Shown here: in pieces, positions 1 to 9,031 of the stretch
Numbering within the stretch: the stretch's first letter is position 1
Layout: each line of letters opens with the position of its first letter
Source: an uncultured Acidobacteriota bacterium
Lineage (GTDB): Bacteria > Acidobacteriota > Thermoanaerobaculia > UBA5066 > Gp7-AA6
Assembly (NCBI GenBank): GCA_963764715.1
Contig: CAVXTP010000022.1
Span: forward strand, 640,001 to 704,000
Reading direction: 5' to 3'
DNA: 64,000 nt
Notes under the pieces: model-generated
Seen by the model: the letters and a program-made list of their open reading frames with translations, nothing else
The model's database searches: none
Told to the model about the DNA's origin: nothing
Translations under genes and position numbers: made by a program

Positions 1-368
1 TCGAACCCGGCGTCACGCGCTCCGGCCGCAGCCCGGTCGAAGCCCATGCGGTGAAGCGGGTTGGCGTACGAGAAGAGGACCAGCGCGAGGCCGGTTTCCG
101 CGCGGATGCGTCGCGCCAGGTCGAAGACCGTCGCGAGCGTCGTCCCGGCCTCGAGGGCCCGCGAGGCCGACCGCTGCAGCACGGGACCGTCGGCGATCGG
201 GTCGGAGAAGGGCACGCCGAGCTCGAGGATGTCCGCGCCCGCCTTCTCGAGCGCGCGGGCGAGCCCCAGGGTCGCCTCCGGCGACGGGTCGCCCGCCGTC
301 AGATACGCGATGAACGCGGCCCGGCCCTGCCGCTTCGCGCGGCCGAAGGCCTCGGAGATCCGGCTCAT
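1..368 (-). CDS. trpA: Tryptophan synthase alpha subunit (5' part, runs off window)
   Basis: Manual translation from ATG 368: MSRISEAF...[11 protein letters not shown]...[22 protein letters not shown]; overlaps trpB stop (ATGA). Confidence 0.96.
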   Translation of the reverse strand, partial: MSRISEAFGRAKRQGRAAFIAYLTAGDPSPEATLGLARALEKAGADILELGVPFSDPIADGPVLQRSASRALEAGTTLATVFDLARRIRAETGLALVLFSYANPLHRMGFDRAAAGARDAGF

Positions 369-1549
369 GCCGGCCCGTCGCCCCGCAGGCGGAGCACCTC
401 GTCGAGGTCCTTGTCGCCGCGCCCGGAGAGGTTGACGAGAATCCACTTCGAGCGCGGCGACTTGCGCGCCAGGCGCGACGCGAAGGCGATCGCGTGCGCG
501 GACTCGAGCGCGGGGAGGATCCCTTCGGTCGACGAGAGAAGCGCGAACGCCCCGAGCGCTTCCTCGTCCGAAACTTTCGTGTAGGAGACGCGTCCGCTCG
601 CGTGCAGCAGAGCGTGCTCGGGGCCGACGGCCGGGTAGTCGAGCCCCGCCGAGACCGAGTGCGTCGCGAGCGTCTGGCCCGCGGCGTCCTGCAGGAGCAT
701 GGTGCGGGTCCCGTGGAGGATGCCGGGCGAGCCTCCCGCGAACCGCGCGGCGTGCTCCCCTTCGCCGGTCCCCCGTCCCCCGGCCTCGACGCCGTAGAGG
801 GGCACGCGCGTGCCGAGGTAGGCGGAGAAGATGCCGATGGCGTTCGATCCGCCGCCGACGCAGGCCACGACCGCGTGCGGATCCCGGCCCGCGAGCCGGC
901 GAAACTGCGCCCTCGCCTCCCGCCCGATGACCGCCTGGAACTCGCGAACGATCGTCGGGTAGGGATGCGGGCCGAGCGCGGACCCGAGCACGTAGTGCGT
1001 CGTGGCCACGTTCTCCGTCCAGTCCCGCATCGCCTCGTTGATGGCGTCCTTCAGCGTCTTCGAGCCGGAGTCGACGCCGCAGACCTCGGCGCCGAGCAGC
1101 CGCATCCGCGACACGTTCGGGGCCTGACGCGCCATGTCGGTCACGCCCATGTAGACACGGCAGGCGACCCCGAGCTTGGCGGCCGCGGCCGCCGTCGCGA
1201 CGCCGTGCTGGCCCGCTCCGGTCTCCGCGACGACCCGGGACTTCCCCATCCGCCGCGCGAGGAGGACCTGGCCGAGCGCGTTGTTGAGCTTGTGCGCCCC
1301 GGTGTGCAGGAGGTCCTCGCGCTTCAACGCGATCCGCGCACCGGCGAGGCGCCCGGTCAGCCGATCGGCGAACGTGACGGGGGTGGGCCGCCCGGCGTAG
1401 CTGTGGAGCAGGTCGGCGAGCTCCGCGCGAAACCGCCGGTCCCGGCGCCACTTCTCGAAGCCGCGCTCGAGCTCGTCGAGCGGAGCCATGAGCGTTTCGG
1501 GCGCGAAGCGGCCGCCGTACTCGCCGAAGTAGCCGCGCCGCCTAGCCAC
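365..1549 (-). CDS. trpB: Tryptophan synthase beta subunit
   Basis: [16 protein letters not shown] (PLP Lys), [33 protein letters not shown]. Confidence 0.98.
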   Translation of the reverse strand: MARRRGYFGEYGGRFAPETLMAPLDELERGFEKWRRDRRFRAELADLLHSYAGRPTPVTFADRLTGRLAGARIALKREDLLHTGAHKLNNALGQVLLARRMGKSRVVAETGAGQHGVATAAAAAKLGVACRVYMGVTDMARQAPNVSRMRLLGAEVCGVDSGSKTLKDAINEAMRDWTENVATTHYVLGSALGPHPYPTIVREFQAVIGREARAQFRRLAGRDPHAVVACVGGGSNAIGIFSAYLGTRVPLYGVEAGGRGTGEGEHAARFAGGSPGILHGTRTMLLQDAAGQTLATHSVSAGLDYPAVGPEHALLHASGRVSYTKVSDEEALGAFALLSSTEGILPALESAHAIAFASRLARKSPRSKWILVNLSGRGDKDLDEVLRLRGDGPA

Positions 1550-2156
1550 GGTCGGCCTCCCGCACGGCCTCGAAGAAGCGCTCGAGCCGTCCGCGGTCCT
1601 TGATGCCGGGCGCGCGTTCGACGCCCGAGGCCACGTCGACGCCGGCCGGGCGGAGACGCCGGATGACGTCGCCGACGTTGTCCGGGTCGAGACCGCCCGC
1701 GACGAAGACGGGAACCGGAAGGGGGCCCGCGGCTTCGACGAGCCCCCAGTCGGGCACGCGTCCCCGGCCGGCGCTCGAGTCCCAGAGGAGACCGCGGCAC
1801 CTTTCGAGGACGTCGGACGGCGGAAGCCCTGTCGGCCCCGCCTCGAGGCGGACCGCGGGCACGATTCCGGCGCCGAGGGTCTCGACGTCGTCCCGCGTCA
1901 CGGTGCGATGAAGCTGCACGACCTGGAGGCCGACCTCCGCGATCGTTCGCCCGACCTCGGTCCGGTCGGCCTCGGCGAAGACCCCGGCGCGCAGGATTCC
2001 CGCGGGCACCGAACCGGCGAGCTCCCGGGCGAGCGCCATCGAGACCCGACGGGGCGACGCCTCGACGAAGTTGAACCCGAGGATCGCCGCCCCGAGCTCG
2101 GCCGCGGCCGCGACGTCCTCCGCCCGCGTCAGCCCGCAGACCTTGACGGCCGTCAT
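1542..2156 (-). CDS. trpF: Phosphoribosylanthranilate isomerase
   Basis: [40 protein letters not shown]; operon position. Confidence 0.95.
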   Translation of the reverse strand: MTAVKVCGLTRAEDVAAAAELGAAILGFNFVEASPRRVSMALARELAGSVPAGILRAGVFAEADRTEVGRTIAEVGLQVVQLHRTVTRDDVETLGAGIVPAVRLEAGPTGLPPSDVLERCRGLLWDSSAGRGRVPDWGLVEAAGPLPVPVFVAGGLDPDNVGDVIRRLRPAGVDVASGVERAPGIKDRGRLERFFEAVREADRG

Positions 2157-2920
2157 CCGCGGAGGGCCCTCAGGTCGTCCTCCGGGTCCTCGGAGCGCAG
2201 CAGCGCCTCACCCACGAGAATCGCCCTGTACCCCGCGGCCGACAGGCGCTCCACGTCGGCCCGGCCCCGCACGCCGCTCTCGGCCATCGGCACGGGGCCC
2301 GGCGGGATCGAGGGCGCCAGGGCGACGAGCCCCTCGAGGTCCGTCTCGAAGCTCGCGAGATTCCGGGCGTTGACCCCGAGCACGTCGGGCGCGACCGCCG
2401 CGGCGCGCGACACCTCGGCGGGACCGTGCGCCTCGGCGACGACCGCGAGCCCGCGCTGTCGCGCCCCGGCCGCAAGCGCCGCGAGATCCTCCTCCTCGAG
2501 GGCCCGGACGATGAGCAGCACCGCGTCCGCTCCGAGCGAGACCGCGAAATCGAGCTGCCGCTCGGAGACGACGAAGTCCTTCATCAGCACGGGCAGGCCC
2601 GAGATGCTCTTGGCGCGCGGGATCCAGTCGGGCCTCCCGCCGAAGTGATCCTCCTCGACGACGACGGAAATGGCCGCGGCGTGGCCCCGCCGGTAATGGA
2701 GCGCGAACGTCTCGATCCGGCCGTCGGCGCCGGCGAGGATTTCCCCGGCCGACGGCGACTTCGCCTTGATCTCCGCGACGATCCGCGTCCCGGGCTCCCG
2801 AAGCGCGGCCGCGAAAGAGGCGCCGTCGGTCGGCCGGTCGGGCGTTCCGCGCGGCGCATACTCGCCCCGCGCGAGGCGCGCCCGCTTGTCGGCCAGGATC
2901 CGCTCGAGGATGTCGCTCAT
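2153..2920 (-). CDS. trpC: Indole-3-glycerol phosphate synthase
   Basis: IVAEIKAKSPSAG, PVLMKDF, GADAVLLIV, GVNARNL, AESGV, LVGEALL. Confidence 0.95.
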   Translation of the reverse strand: MSDILERILADKRARLARGEYAPRGTPDRPTDGASFAAALREPGTRIVAEIKAKSPSAGEILAGADGRIETFALHYRRGHAAAISVVVEEDHFGGRPDWIPRAKSISGLPVLMKDFVVSERQLDFAVSLGADAVLLIVRALEEEDLAALAAGARQRGLAVVAEAHGPAEVSRAAAVAPDVLGVNARNLASFETDLEGLVALAPSIPPGPVPMAESGVRGRADVERLSAAGYRAILVGEALLRSEDPEDDLRALRG

Positions 2921-3933
2921 GCCGCGGCCCTCCGCAGCGATTTGAACCGGTCCCGGGCGGCCCCCGAGTCGATCGCCGCGCGCGCCCGCTCATACCCCTC
3001 TCCGACGCCCGGCGCCCGGCCTTCCACGACGAGCGCCACGGCCGCGTTGACGAGCACCGCCTCGCGCCGCGCGCCGGGCTCGCCCTCGAGGAGCCGCGAG
3101 AGCATTCCGGCATTTTCGGCCGCATTACCCCCGGCCAGGTCGTCGAGCCCCAGGGGCGCCTGCCGGAGCGCGTCTCCCGCGAGCCGCCACGGCCGCGTCG
3201 AGCCGCCCTCGACCTCGACGCCGGCCGCCCCGACCCCTGGCGTCAGCTCGTCGAGGCCATTGTCCGAGTGGAAGACGATCGCGCGTTCGCTGCCGAGCGT
3301 CGCGAGCGCGTCGGCGAGGAGCCGGGTCAGCTCCGGCCGGCCGACGCCGATGAGCTGCCTCGTGGCGCCGGCCGGATTGGCGAGCGGACCGAGCGAGTTG
3401 AAGATCGTCCGGATGCCGAGCTCGCGGCGCACCGTGCCGAGCTCTTTCATCGCCGGGTGGAACGCCGGGGCGAAGAGGAACACGAGGCCGGTCTCGTCGA
3501 GGATCCGTCCGGCGCGCTCGGGTTCGAGGTCGACGGCGATGCCGGCCGCCGCGAGCACGTCGGCCGACCCGACCCGCGAAGAGATCGAGCGGTTGCCGTG
3601 CTTGGCGACGATCGCTCCGGCTCCCGACGCGACGATCGCCGCGGCCGTCGAGAGGTTGAAGAGGTCGCGCCCCAGCCCCCCCGGACCGCACGTGTCGAGG
3701 ATCGGCGCGCAGCGCGTCGGGACGCGGCGCATCCGGGAACGCAGGGCGGACACGGCGCCGGCGATCTCCTCGGCGGTTTCTCCGCGGGTTGCGATTCCGA
3801 GGAGCAGGGCGCCCTTCTGTGCCTCCGTGGCGCGGCCGTCCATCAGGTCACCGAACGCGGATTCCGCGAGGGCCCGGGAGAGCGTCTTCCGGGCGGCTAC
3901 GGTCTTCAGGGCGGCGGCGACCTCGGGCGTCAC
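2917..3933 (-). CDS. trpD: Anthranilate phosphoribosyltransferase
   Basis: DTCGPGG, FNLST, KHGNRSISSRVGSAD, FAPAFHPAM, RTIFNSLGPLANP, GLDE; GTG start. Confidence 0.96.
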   Translation of the reverse strand: MTPEVAAALKTVAARKTLSRALAESAFGDLMDGRATEAQKGALLLGIATRGETAEEIAGAVSALRSRMRRVPTRCAPILDTCGPGGLGRDLFNLSTAAAIVASGAGAIVAKHGNRSISSRVGSADVLAAAGIAVDLEPERAGRILDETGLVFLFAPAFHPAMKELGTVRRELGIRTIFNSLGPLANPAGATRQLIGVGRPELTRLLADALATLGSERAIVFHSDNGLDELTPGVGAAGVEVEGGSTRPWRLAGDALRQAPLGLDDLAGGNAAENAGMLSRLLEGEPGARREAVLVNAAVALVVEGRAPGVGEGYERARAAIDSGAARDRFKSLRRAAA

Positions 3934-4103
3934 GACGCGAGCCTCACGGTCCGTCGTAGGGGCGGCGTTACCGCCGTGCTGCGCACGGCGTTCCCTGACG
4001 CCGGGAGATTGCCTCTGGTGGCCGGGTGCGGCCGCCCGAGGGAGGGGACAAGCCCCTCCCCTACAACCGAGCCAGATTGCGGCGTCACGACGCGAGCCTC
4101 ACG
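3926..4103. repeat. REP doublet (GTAG family) between 23-bp direct repeats at the trpG/trpD junction
   Basis: GGCGTCACGACGCGAGCCTCACG at 3926-3948 and 4081-4103. Inside: GTAGGGGCGGC...GCGGCCGCCC (3956-4037) and GGGAGGGGACAAGCCCCTCCCCTAC (4040-4064). Confidence 0.85.
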
Positions 4104-4657
4104 AAATTCTCGAGGATCCGCTCCCCCTCGGGCGTCAGGACCGACTCCGGGTGAAACTGGACGCCGAAGACCGGGAGCGACCGGTGCGCGACCGCCATGA
4201 CGAGGCCGTCCTCGCTTCGGCCGGTGACGACGAGATCCGCCGGCAGCCCGTCCTCCCTGACCACGAGCGAATGGTATCGCCCGGCCTCGAACGGGCGCGG
4301 CAGCCCGTCGAAGAGTCCCGATCCATCGTGATCGACCCGCGAGCTCTTTCCATGCCGCGGCTCGGGCGCCCGCTCGACGACTCCGCCGTGGTGCGCGGCG
4401 ATCGCCTGGTGGCCGAGGCAGACCCCGAGCAGCGGCACCCGTTCGCGCTCGGCGGCGGCGATCATCGCGATCGACCGGCCGGCGTTCTCGGGCCGGCCCG
4501 GGCCGGGCGAGATCACGACCGCGCGCGGCTTCGCCGCGAGGACCTCGTCCGGATCGAAGCGGTCGTTGCGGGCGACGACGACGTCCGCGTCGAGCTTCCC
4601 CAGCGCCTGCACCAGGTTGTAGGTGAAGGAGTCGTAGTTGTCGACGACGAAGATCAT
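4085..4657 (-). CDS. trpG: Anthranilate synthase glutamine amidotransferase subunit
   Basis: True start MIFVVDNYDSFTYNL at 4657; ISPGPG, GVCLGHQ, GRYHSL, GVQFHPES. Confidence 0.95.
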   Translation of the reverse strand: MIFVVDNYDSFTYNLVQALGKLDADVVVARNDRFDPDEVLAAKPRAVVISPGPGRPENAGRSIAMIAAAERERVPLLGVCLGHQAIAAHHGGVVERAPEPRHGKSSRVDHDGSGLFDGLPRPFEAGRYHSLVVREDGLPADLVVTGRSEDGLVMAVAHRSLPVFGVQFHPESVLTPEGERILENFVRLAS

Positions 4658-6129
4658 GCGAACCACTCCCGCGCGAGCTCGATCGAGCGGAAGAGCGCTG
4701 CCGCCTTCGCCTCGGCCTCGGCGTATTCCTTCTCGGCGACGGAGTCGGCGACGATCCCGGCCCCGGCCTGGATGCGCCAGAGGCCCTTCTCGACGACGGC
4801 CGTCCGGATCGCGATCGCGAGATCGCAGTTCCCCGAGGAATCGAAGTACCCGACCGCGCCTCCGTAGACCCCGCGTCGCGCCGACTCGAGCGCGTCGATC
4901 AGCTCCATGGCCCGGATCTTGGGCGCGCCCGTCAGCGTCCCCGCCGGGAAGCACGCGGCGAGAGCCTCGCCCGCGCCCGCACCCGCCCGGAGCCGGCCGC
5001 GGACCTCGGAGACGAGGTGCTGGACGTGCGAGAACTTCTCGACGGCCGCGTAGCGCGCCACCCGGACGCTGCCGATCTCGCAGACCCGCCCGAGATCGTT
5101 GCGGGCGAGGTCGACGAGCATGACATGCTCGGCGCGCTCCTTCGGGTCCGCCAGGAGGGCCGCGGCGAGGCGGTCGTCCTCGGCCGGCGTCTTCCCGCGA
5201 GGCGCGGTGCCCGCGATCGGCCGCGTTTCGACCTCGCGGTTGCGGCAGCGAACGAGCATCTCGGGCGAGGAGCCAAGGATGCTCGCCTCGCGCGTCTCGA
5301 GGTAGTAGAGGTAGGGCGACGGATTGAGCGTGCGCAGCGCCCGGTACACGTCGAACGGATCGACGCCGAGGCGCGCCGTCCACCGCTGCGACACGACCGC
5401 CTGGTAGACCTCCCCCGCTGCGATGGCCTCGCGGGTGGCGGCCACGGCCGAGAGGAAGCGGTCTCGCGGCATCGCCGTCTCGAAGCGCCCGCCGTCCGGA
5501 GGCGTCGGCGGCGCGGCGACGGGATCGGGGGCCCGCAGCCGGGCCTCCAGCCGGTCCAGCCGGTCGATCGCCGCGGCGACCGCGCCGTCGACGGAGCCGG
5601 CGGCGGCGTCGACGGTCGTGAGGAGGAGCACGCTCTGCCGCGGATGGTCGAAGGCGATCACCGCCTCGAAGAGAAGGAAGAGCGCGTCCGGAATCTCGCT
5701 GTCGCGCGCGTGGCGGTCCGGGATCGCCTCGAAGAGGCGGACCGCGTCGTAGGTCAGGTACCCGACCGCGCCGCGCGCGAGCGGCGGAAGCTCAGGATCC
5801 GGCACGAAATCCTCGCGGCGGACCATCCGCTCCAGCGCCTCGAGCGCCGCCCCCTCGACGGCCTCGACCCGCCCCGCGCGCTCCACCGCCGTCCGGCCGT
5901 CGCGGACCGTCAACCGGGCGGACGGATCGACGCCGAGGAAGGTGTATCGCGCGACCGACTCGCCGCCCTCGACGCTTTCCAGGAGGAACGCCTCCGCGCC
6001 GGCGCGGCGCAGGCGGCGAAAGACCATGACGGGCGTCAGGCAGTCCGAGGGCAGGATCCGCGCGACCGGGACGCATCGGCCGGCCTGCGCTCGGGAACGG
6101 AAGTCCCGGAGCTCCTCTTCGCGCCTCAT
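4654..6129 (-). CDS. trpE: Anthranilate synthase component I
   Basis: FLLESVEGGESVARY, LNPSPY, GSSPE, RPIAGT, EHVMLVDLARND, FPAGTLTGAPKIRAM; ATG 6129 overlaps aroDE stop. Confidence 0.95.
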   Translation of the reverse strand: MRREEELRDFRSRAQAGRCVPVARILPSDCLTPVMVFRRLRRAGAEAFLLESVEGGESVARYTFLGVDPSARLTVRDGRTAVERAGRVEAVEGAALEALERMVRREDFVPDPELPPLARGAVGYLTYDAVRLFEAIPDRHARDSEIPDALFLLFEAVIAFDHPRQSVLLLTTVDAAAGSVDGAVAAAIDRLDRLEARLRAPDPVAAPPTPPDGGRFETAMPRDRFLSAVAATREAIAAGEVYQAVVSQRWTARLGVDPFDVYRALRTLNPSPYLYYLETREASILGSSPEMLVRCRNREVETRPIAGTAPRGKTPAEDDRLAAALLADPKERAEHVMLVDLARNDLGRVCEIGSVRVARYAAVEKFSHVQHLVSEVRGRLRAGAGAGEALAACFPAGTLTGAPKIRAMELIDALESARRGVYGGAVGYFDSSGNCDLAIAIRTAVVEKGLWRIQAGAGIVADSVAEKEYAEAEAKAAALFRSIELAREWFA

Positions 6130-7604
6130 GACGCCAGGACCTTCCGGAGGATCGCGGCCACTTCTTCGACGGTTACGCCTTCGACGCCGAAGAGCTGGGC
6201 CTGCCGGGCGGCCTGCGTCGCGAACATCTGCAGCCCTTCGACCGTCGGGCACTTCGCCGCCCGCGCCGCGCGGATCGTGGAGGTTTCGCGGCCGTCGCGC
6301 CGGTAGACGCAGTCGAAGACGAGCGGCCGGGCCTCGAAGAGGTTCGCCGGAATCGCGGGCGGGTCGTCGTCTCGCCAGCCGACGGGCGTGGCATTCACGT
6401 AGAGGTCCGCCTCGCTCGCCGGAAGGTCCGCCCAGGCGAGCGAGTCGACGCCCATCGCCTCCGCGAGGCGGTCGGCCTCGGCGTCCCTCCGCGCCGTCAC
6501 CGTCACCTCGTAGCCCAGCCGCCGCGCCGCGACGATGACGGCCCGCGCCGCGCCGCCCGCCCCGACGACGACCGCGGTCCGGCCCTCGCCGGTGCCGTGA
6601 TCCGCGAGCGGATCGAAGACCCCGTCGACGTCCGTGTTCTCCGCCCGCCAGCCCTTACGGTCCCGGACGAGCGTGTTCGACGCGCCGATCAACCGGACGT
6701 CTTCCGACGGCCGCCCGGCGCGCGCCGCCGCGAGCTTCCAGGGCTGCGTGACGGCGAACCCCCGAAACGGCGGATCGAAAACGATCGCGTGGGGCTTCTC
6801 GCGCTCGAAGTCCGAGACCTGCAGCGGCAAATAGAGGTACGGCAGGTCCCGCGAACGGAAGATCGCGTTGTGGAGCGACGGCGAAAGCGACCGCGCCGTG
6901 CTCCCGGCCACGACGCCGAAGAGCGCCTCGATCGAGCGCGGACGGTCCACGCCGTAGACCTCGAGCAGGTCGCCGATCGGAACCTGGCCCGCCGCCGTCT
7001 CGCGCTCCACCGGCCCGTAGACGAGCGCGCACCCGAAGAGCGCCGAGAGCACACGGCCGGGAGCGCTCGTGGGCCCCATCGGGAAGAGCGCCACGCCGGG
7101 CGAATCCTGACGCCGCTGCAGCTCGGCGAGGTGAAGGCTCCCGGCGAGGTCCGCGACCCCCGCCACGAGCTTGACCGCTCGCGCTGCGGCCTCGCGCATC
7201 GCCGCGAGCCTCGTCTTCCAGTCCTCCGGAAGGCCGAAGGGCGAGTGATGCGACACGATCACGCGCTCGCGGCCCGGAAACCGCTCGCGGTCGGCGAGAA
7301 GGCCGCGGGCGTGCTCCACGTCCACCGTCGCCCCCGACACATACGCCTCCTCAACGAGTCGCGCGTACTCTTCGGGAGAGCCGCTGAAGTCGCCGCCCTC
7401 CGCGAGCGAGCGCCAGGTCAGGATCGCAGGGCGGGAGTCGAGCGCCACGAGGGCCGCCGGGGGGATCGGCCGATCCGCCAGGTCCATCCGGAACTCGATC
7501 GCGCTCGCGTTCGCCGGTACGCGCGCGATCAGGCGTTTCGCGTCCTCGGCGTCCTTCGGCGCGAGCGAGGCGACGTACGCCGGAATCGGAACGACCTTTT
7601 CCAT
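6126..7604 (-). CDS. aroDE: Bifunctional type I 3-dehydroquinate dehydratase / shikimate dehydrogenase (AroDE fusion)
   Basis: N-half EFRMD, LTWRSLAEGG, VSHH, VKLV, PMG, AAGQ (type I DHQase); C-half SLSP.LHN, VTQPWK, NTD, GAGGAAR, NATPVG, DCVY (AroE). Confidence 0.88.
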   Translation of the reverse strand: MEKVVPIPAYVASLAPKDAEDAKRLIARVPANASAIEFRMDLADRPIPPAALVALDSRPAILTWRSLAEGGDFSGSPEEYARLVEEAYVSGATVDVEHARGLLADRERFPGRERVIVSHHSPFGLPEDWKTRLAAMREAAARAVKLVAGVADLAGSLHLAELQRRQDSPGVALFPMGPTSAPGRVLSALFGCALVYGPVERETAAGQVPIGDLLEVYGVDRPRSIEALFGVVAGSTARSLSPSLHNAIFRSRDLPYLYLPLQVSDFEREKPHAIVFDPPFRGFAVTQPWKLAAARAGRPSEDVRLIGASNTLVRDRKGWRAENTDVDGVFDPLADHGTGEGRTAVVVGAGGAARAVIVAARRLGYEVTVTARRDAEADRLAEAMGVDSLAWADLPASEADLYVNATPVGWRDDDPPAIPANLFEARPLVFDCVYRRDGRETSTIRAARAAKCPTVEGLQMFATQAARQAQLFGVEGVTVEEVAAILRKVLAS

Positions 7605-7620
7605 CTTTGCCGTCAAAATC

Positions 7621-7653
7621 AAAAACCCCCGGGCCCATCGGGCCGGGGGTTTC
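7621..7653 (-). terminator. Attenuator terminator hairpin of the aroDE-trp leader
   Basis: Minus strand AAACCCCCGGCCCGATGGGCCCGGGGGTTTTT followed by GATTTT, just upstream of aroDE. Confidence 0.85.
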
Positions 7654-7710
7654 TATTCTCTCGTCGGAACGCGCCCCGGCCGATGGTCTTCGGCAGGGCG
7701 CAGGTGCGCT

Positions 7711-7761
7711 CTACCGGATTGTCTCCCGCCACCACCAGTTCTGCCGGGCCGAGCGCGTCAT
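7711..7761 (-). CDS. trpL: Trp operon leader peptide MTRSARQNWWWRETIR
   Basis: ATG 7761 to TAG 7711 with three consecutive TGG codons, followed by alternative hairpins and terminator. Confidence 0.88.
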   Translation of the reverse strand: MTRSARQNWWWRETIR

Positions 7762-9011
7762 GGCGGGGCGATCATCCCGCCCCCGGGGGTGGGTGTCAAG
7801 GCAGGAGGGCCGAGTGTGGGAGTTCCTTTCGCCTTCTTCCGAGGATACTGGCTCCCGAAAGTCAGAGGCAGGACCGATCCGGCGGGCGGATCGACGATGG
7901 AGCCCTCGAAGCGGATCTCCATCCCCTCCGCGTCGGACCGGTAGGCATAGGAAGCACCCGGGCAGATCGTCGAGATTGGATTCGCCATCCGCTCCGGCCA
8001 GCGCCCGTCCGGATGGCCGGACTGTTCGAGCCTGAGCTGGAGAATCTGAAGAGTCAGCTCCCGATCGACGGAAAGACGCGCCACGCGGCGGACCACCCCG
8101 AGCATGAGGGGCATGGAGTTCTCTTTGTACATGCGCCGAATCTCGGCGGCATACGCAGCCGATGAAGTCGGGACCTCCCTGTCGGCGAACTGCCAGACCT
8201 CCTCGTCGTCCAGGGCCGCGGCGTCACAGGGCGGGAGTTTGGCGAGGCCTTCTGCGATCGCCTCGGGCGCCTTTCGATTGAGCTCGGCGAACGGATCGGA
8301 GCCGGGAAGGGATCCCGAGTCATTCCGCCATTCGGACTCGCCCGTTACGCTCCTCAGGACACGTTGCCACGGGTCGCTGTTGCCGAGGCGGCCCAGCCAC
8401 TGGAGTGGCGGCTGCGCCATTTTGCGCAACGCGCCCACCTGCCACATCTGAGCACTGGTCGAGACCATCTGGTGAATGAGCAGCGCGCGCTCCGCGAGCG
8501 GCCGATCCAGGGACCACGAAGCCTCGAGCGCGCGGCTCGCGCCGATCCGATTGCCGTCCCGCTCTTCGACGAGCGCAACGGCGAGCAGCACCTTCTGGAG
8601 GATGACCGACGGCAGAATGTACGGGAACGGCATCACCGCCCGGTCCTTCGGCTCGACCCACGCCGGTGGTTGCTTCTCGAGAGCCGCGATGATCGCCCAG
8701 ATCGCTTCCCTGCGCGTTTGCAGGTACTCGCGCAGCGCCTCCGGCGGCTCCCCGATCGACTCGTCAGGCACCTGAATCTGGGCATCCAGCCAACCCCCGG
8801 GATTGGCCGCGCCCCGCGCCTTCTGGTCGACCGACAGGGCCTCGGGCTCCTCGGGGCCCCGGGCCGGCGCCCGGAAGGCGATTCCTAGAGAAGGAATTCG
8901 CTCGACGAGCACGCTCGCCGTTGCGTTTCCGGCGATCGTGCGCGATTCGAGCGGTCCATCGGACGGATCGCCGAGGAACGAGGCGAGCAGGAGAACGGCC
9001 AGGAGGGCCAC
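7758..9011 (-). CDS. Hypothetical exported protein, paralog of the adjacent gene
   Basis: Hydrophobic N-terminus; shares LQKVL, ALEA.W, ELT..L, WP.R..N..ST.CPG..YA.R motifs with 9032-10285. Confidence 0.75.
   Translation of the reverse strand: MALLAVLLLASFLGDPSDGPLESRTIAGNATASVLVERIPSLGIAFRAPARGPEEPEALSVDQKARGAANPGGWLDAQIQVPDESIGEPPEALREYLQTRREAIWAIIAALEKQPPAWVEPKDRAVMPFPYILPSVILQKVLLAVALVEERDGNRIGASRALEASWSLDRPLAERALLIHQMVSTSAQMWQVGALRKMAQPPLQWLGRLGNSDPWQRVLRSVTGESEWRNDSGSLPGSDPFAELNRKAPEAIAEGLAKLPPCDAAALDDEEVWQFADREVPTSSAAYAAEIRRMYKENSMPLMLGVVRRVARLSVDRELTLQILQLRLEQSGHPDGRWPERMANPISTICPGASYAYRSDAEGMEIRFEGSIVDPPAGSVLPLTFGSQYPRKKAKGTPTLGPPALTPTPGGGMIAPP
7771..7799 (-). promoter_or_regulatory. 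sigma70-type promoter for trpL-aroDE-trp
   Basis: TTGACA (7799-7794), 17-nt spacer, GATGAT (7776-7771), 9 nt before leader ATG. Confidence 0.7.
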
Positions 9012-9031
9012 GCGGAAACTCTACGCCCTCC

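Noticed and set aside
2426-4867. 813-aa plus-strand ORF and similar long antisense ORFs (12382-14676 -, 17433-20105 -, 35326-37644 +, 47611-51141 +, 56981-59689 -)
   Set aside because: Shadow frames of well-supported genes. High GC suppresses stop codons and the translations are R/A/G/P-rich with no motifs.
4085-5383. ORF-track N-terminal extensions (trpG 432 aa, cysS 544 aa, CocE 764 aa, M13 814 aa, MGMT 599 aa, hfq 164 aa)
   Set aside because: Extensions overlap neighbouring genes and lack family similarity; starts were reassigned using motifs, RBS and stop/start overlaps.
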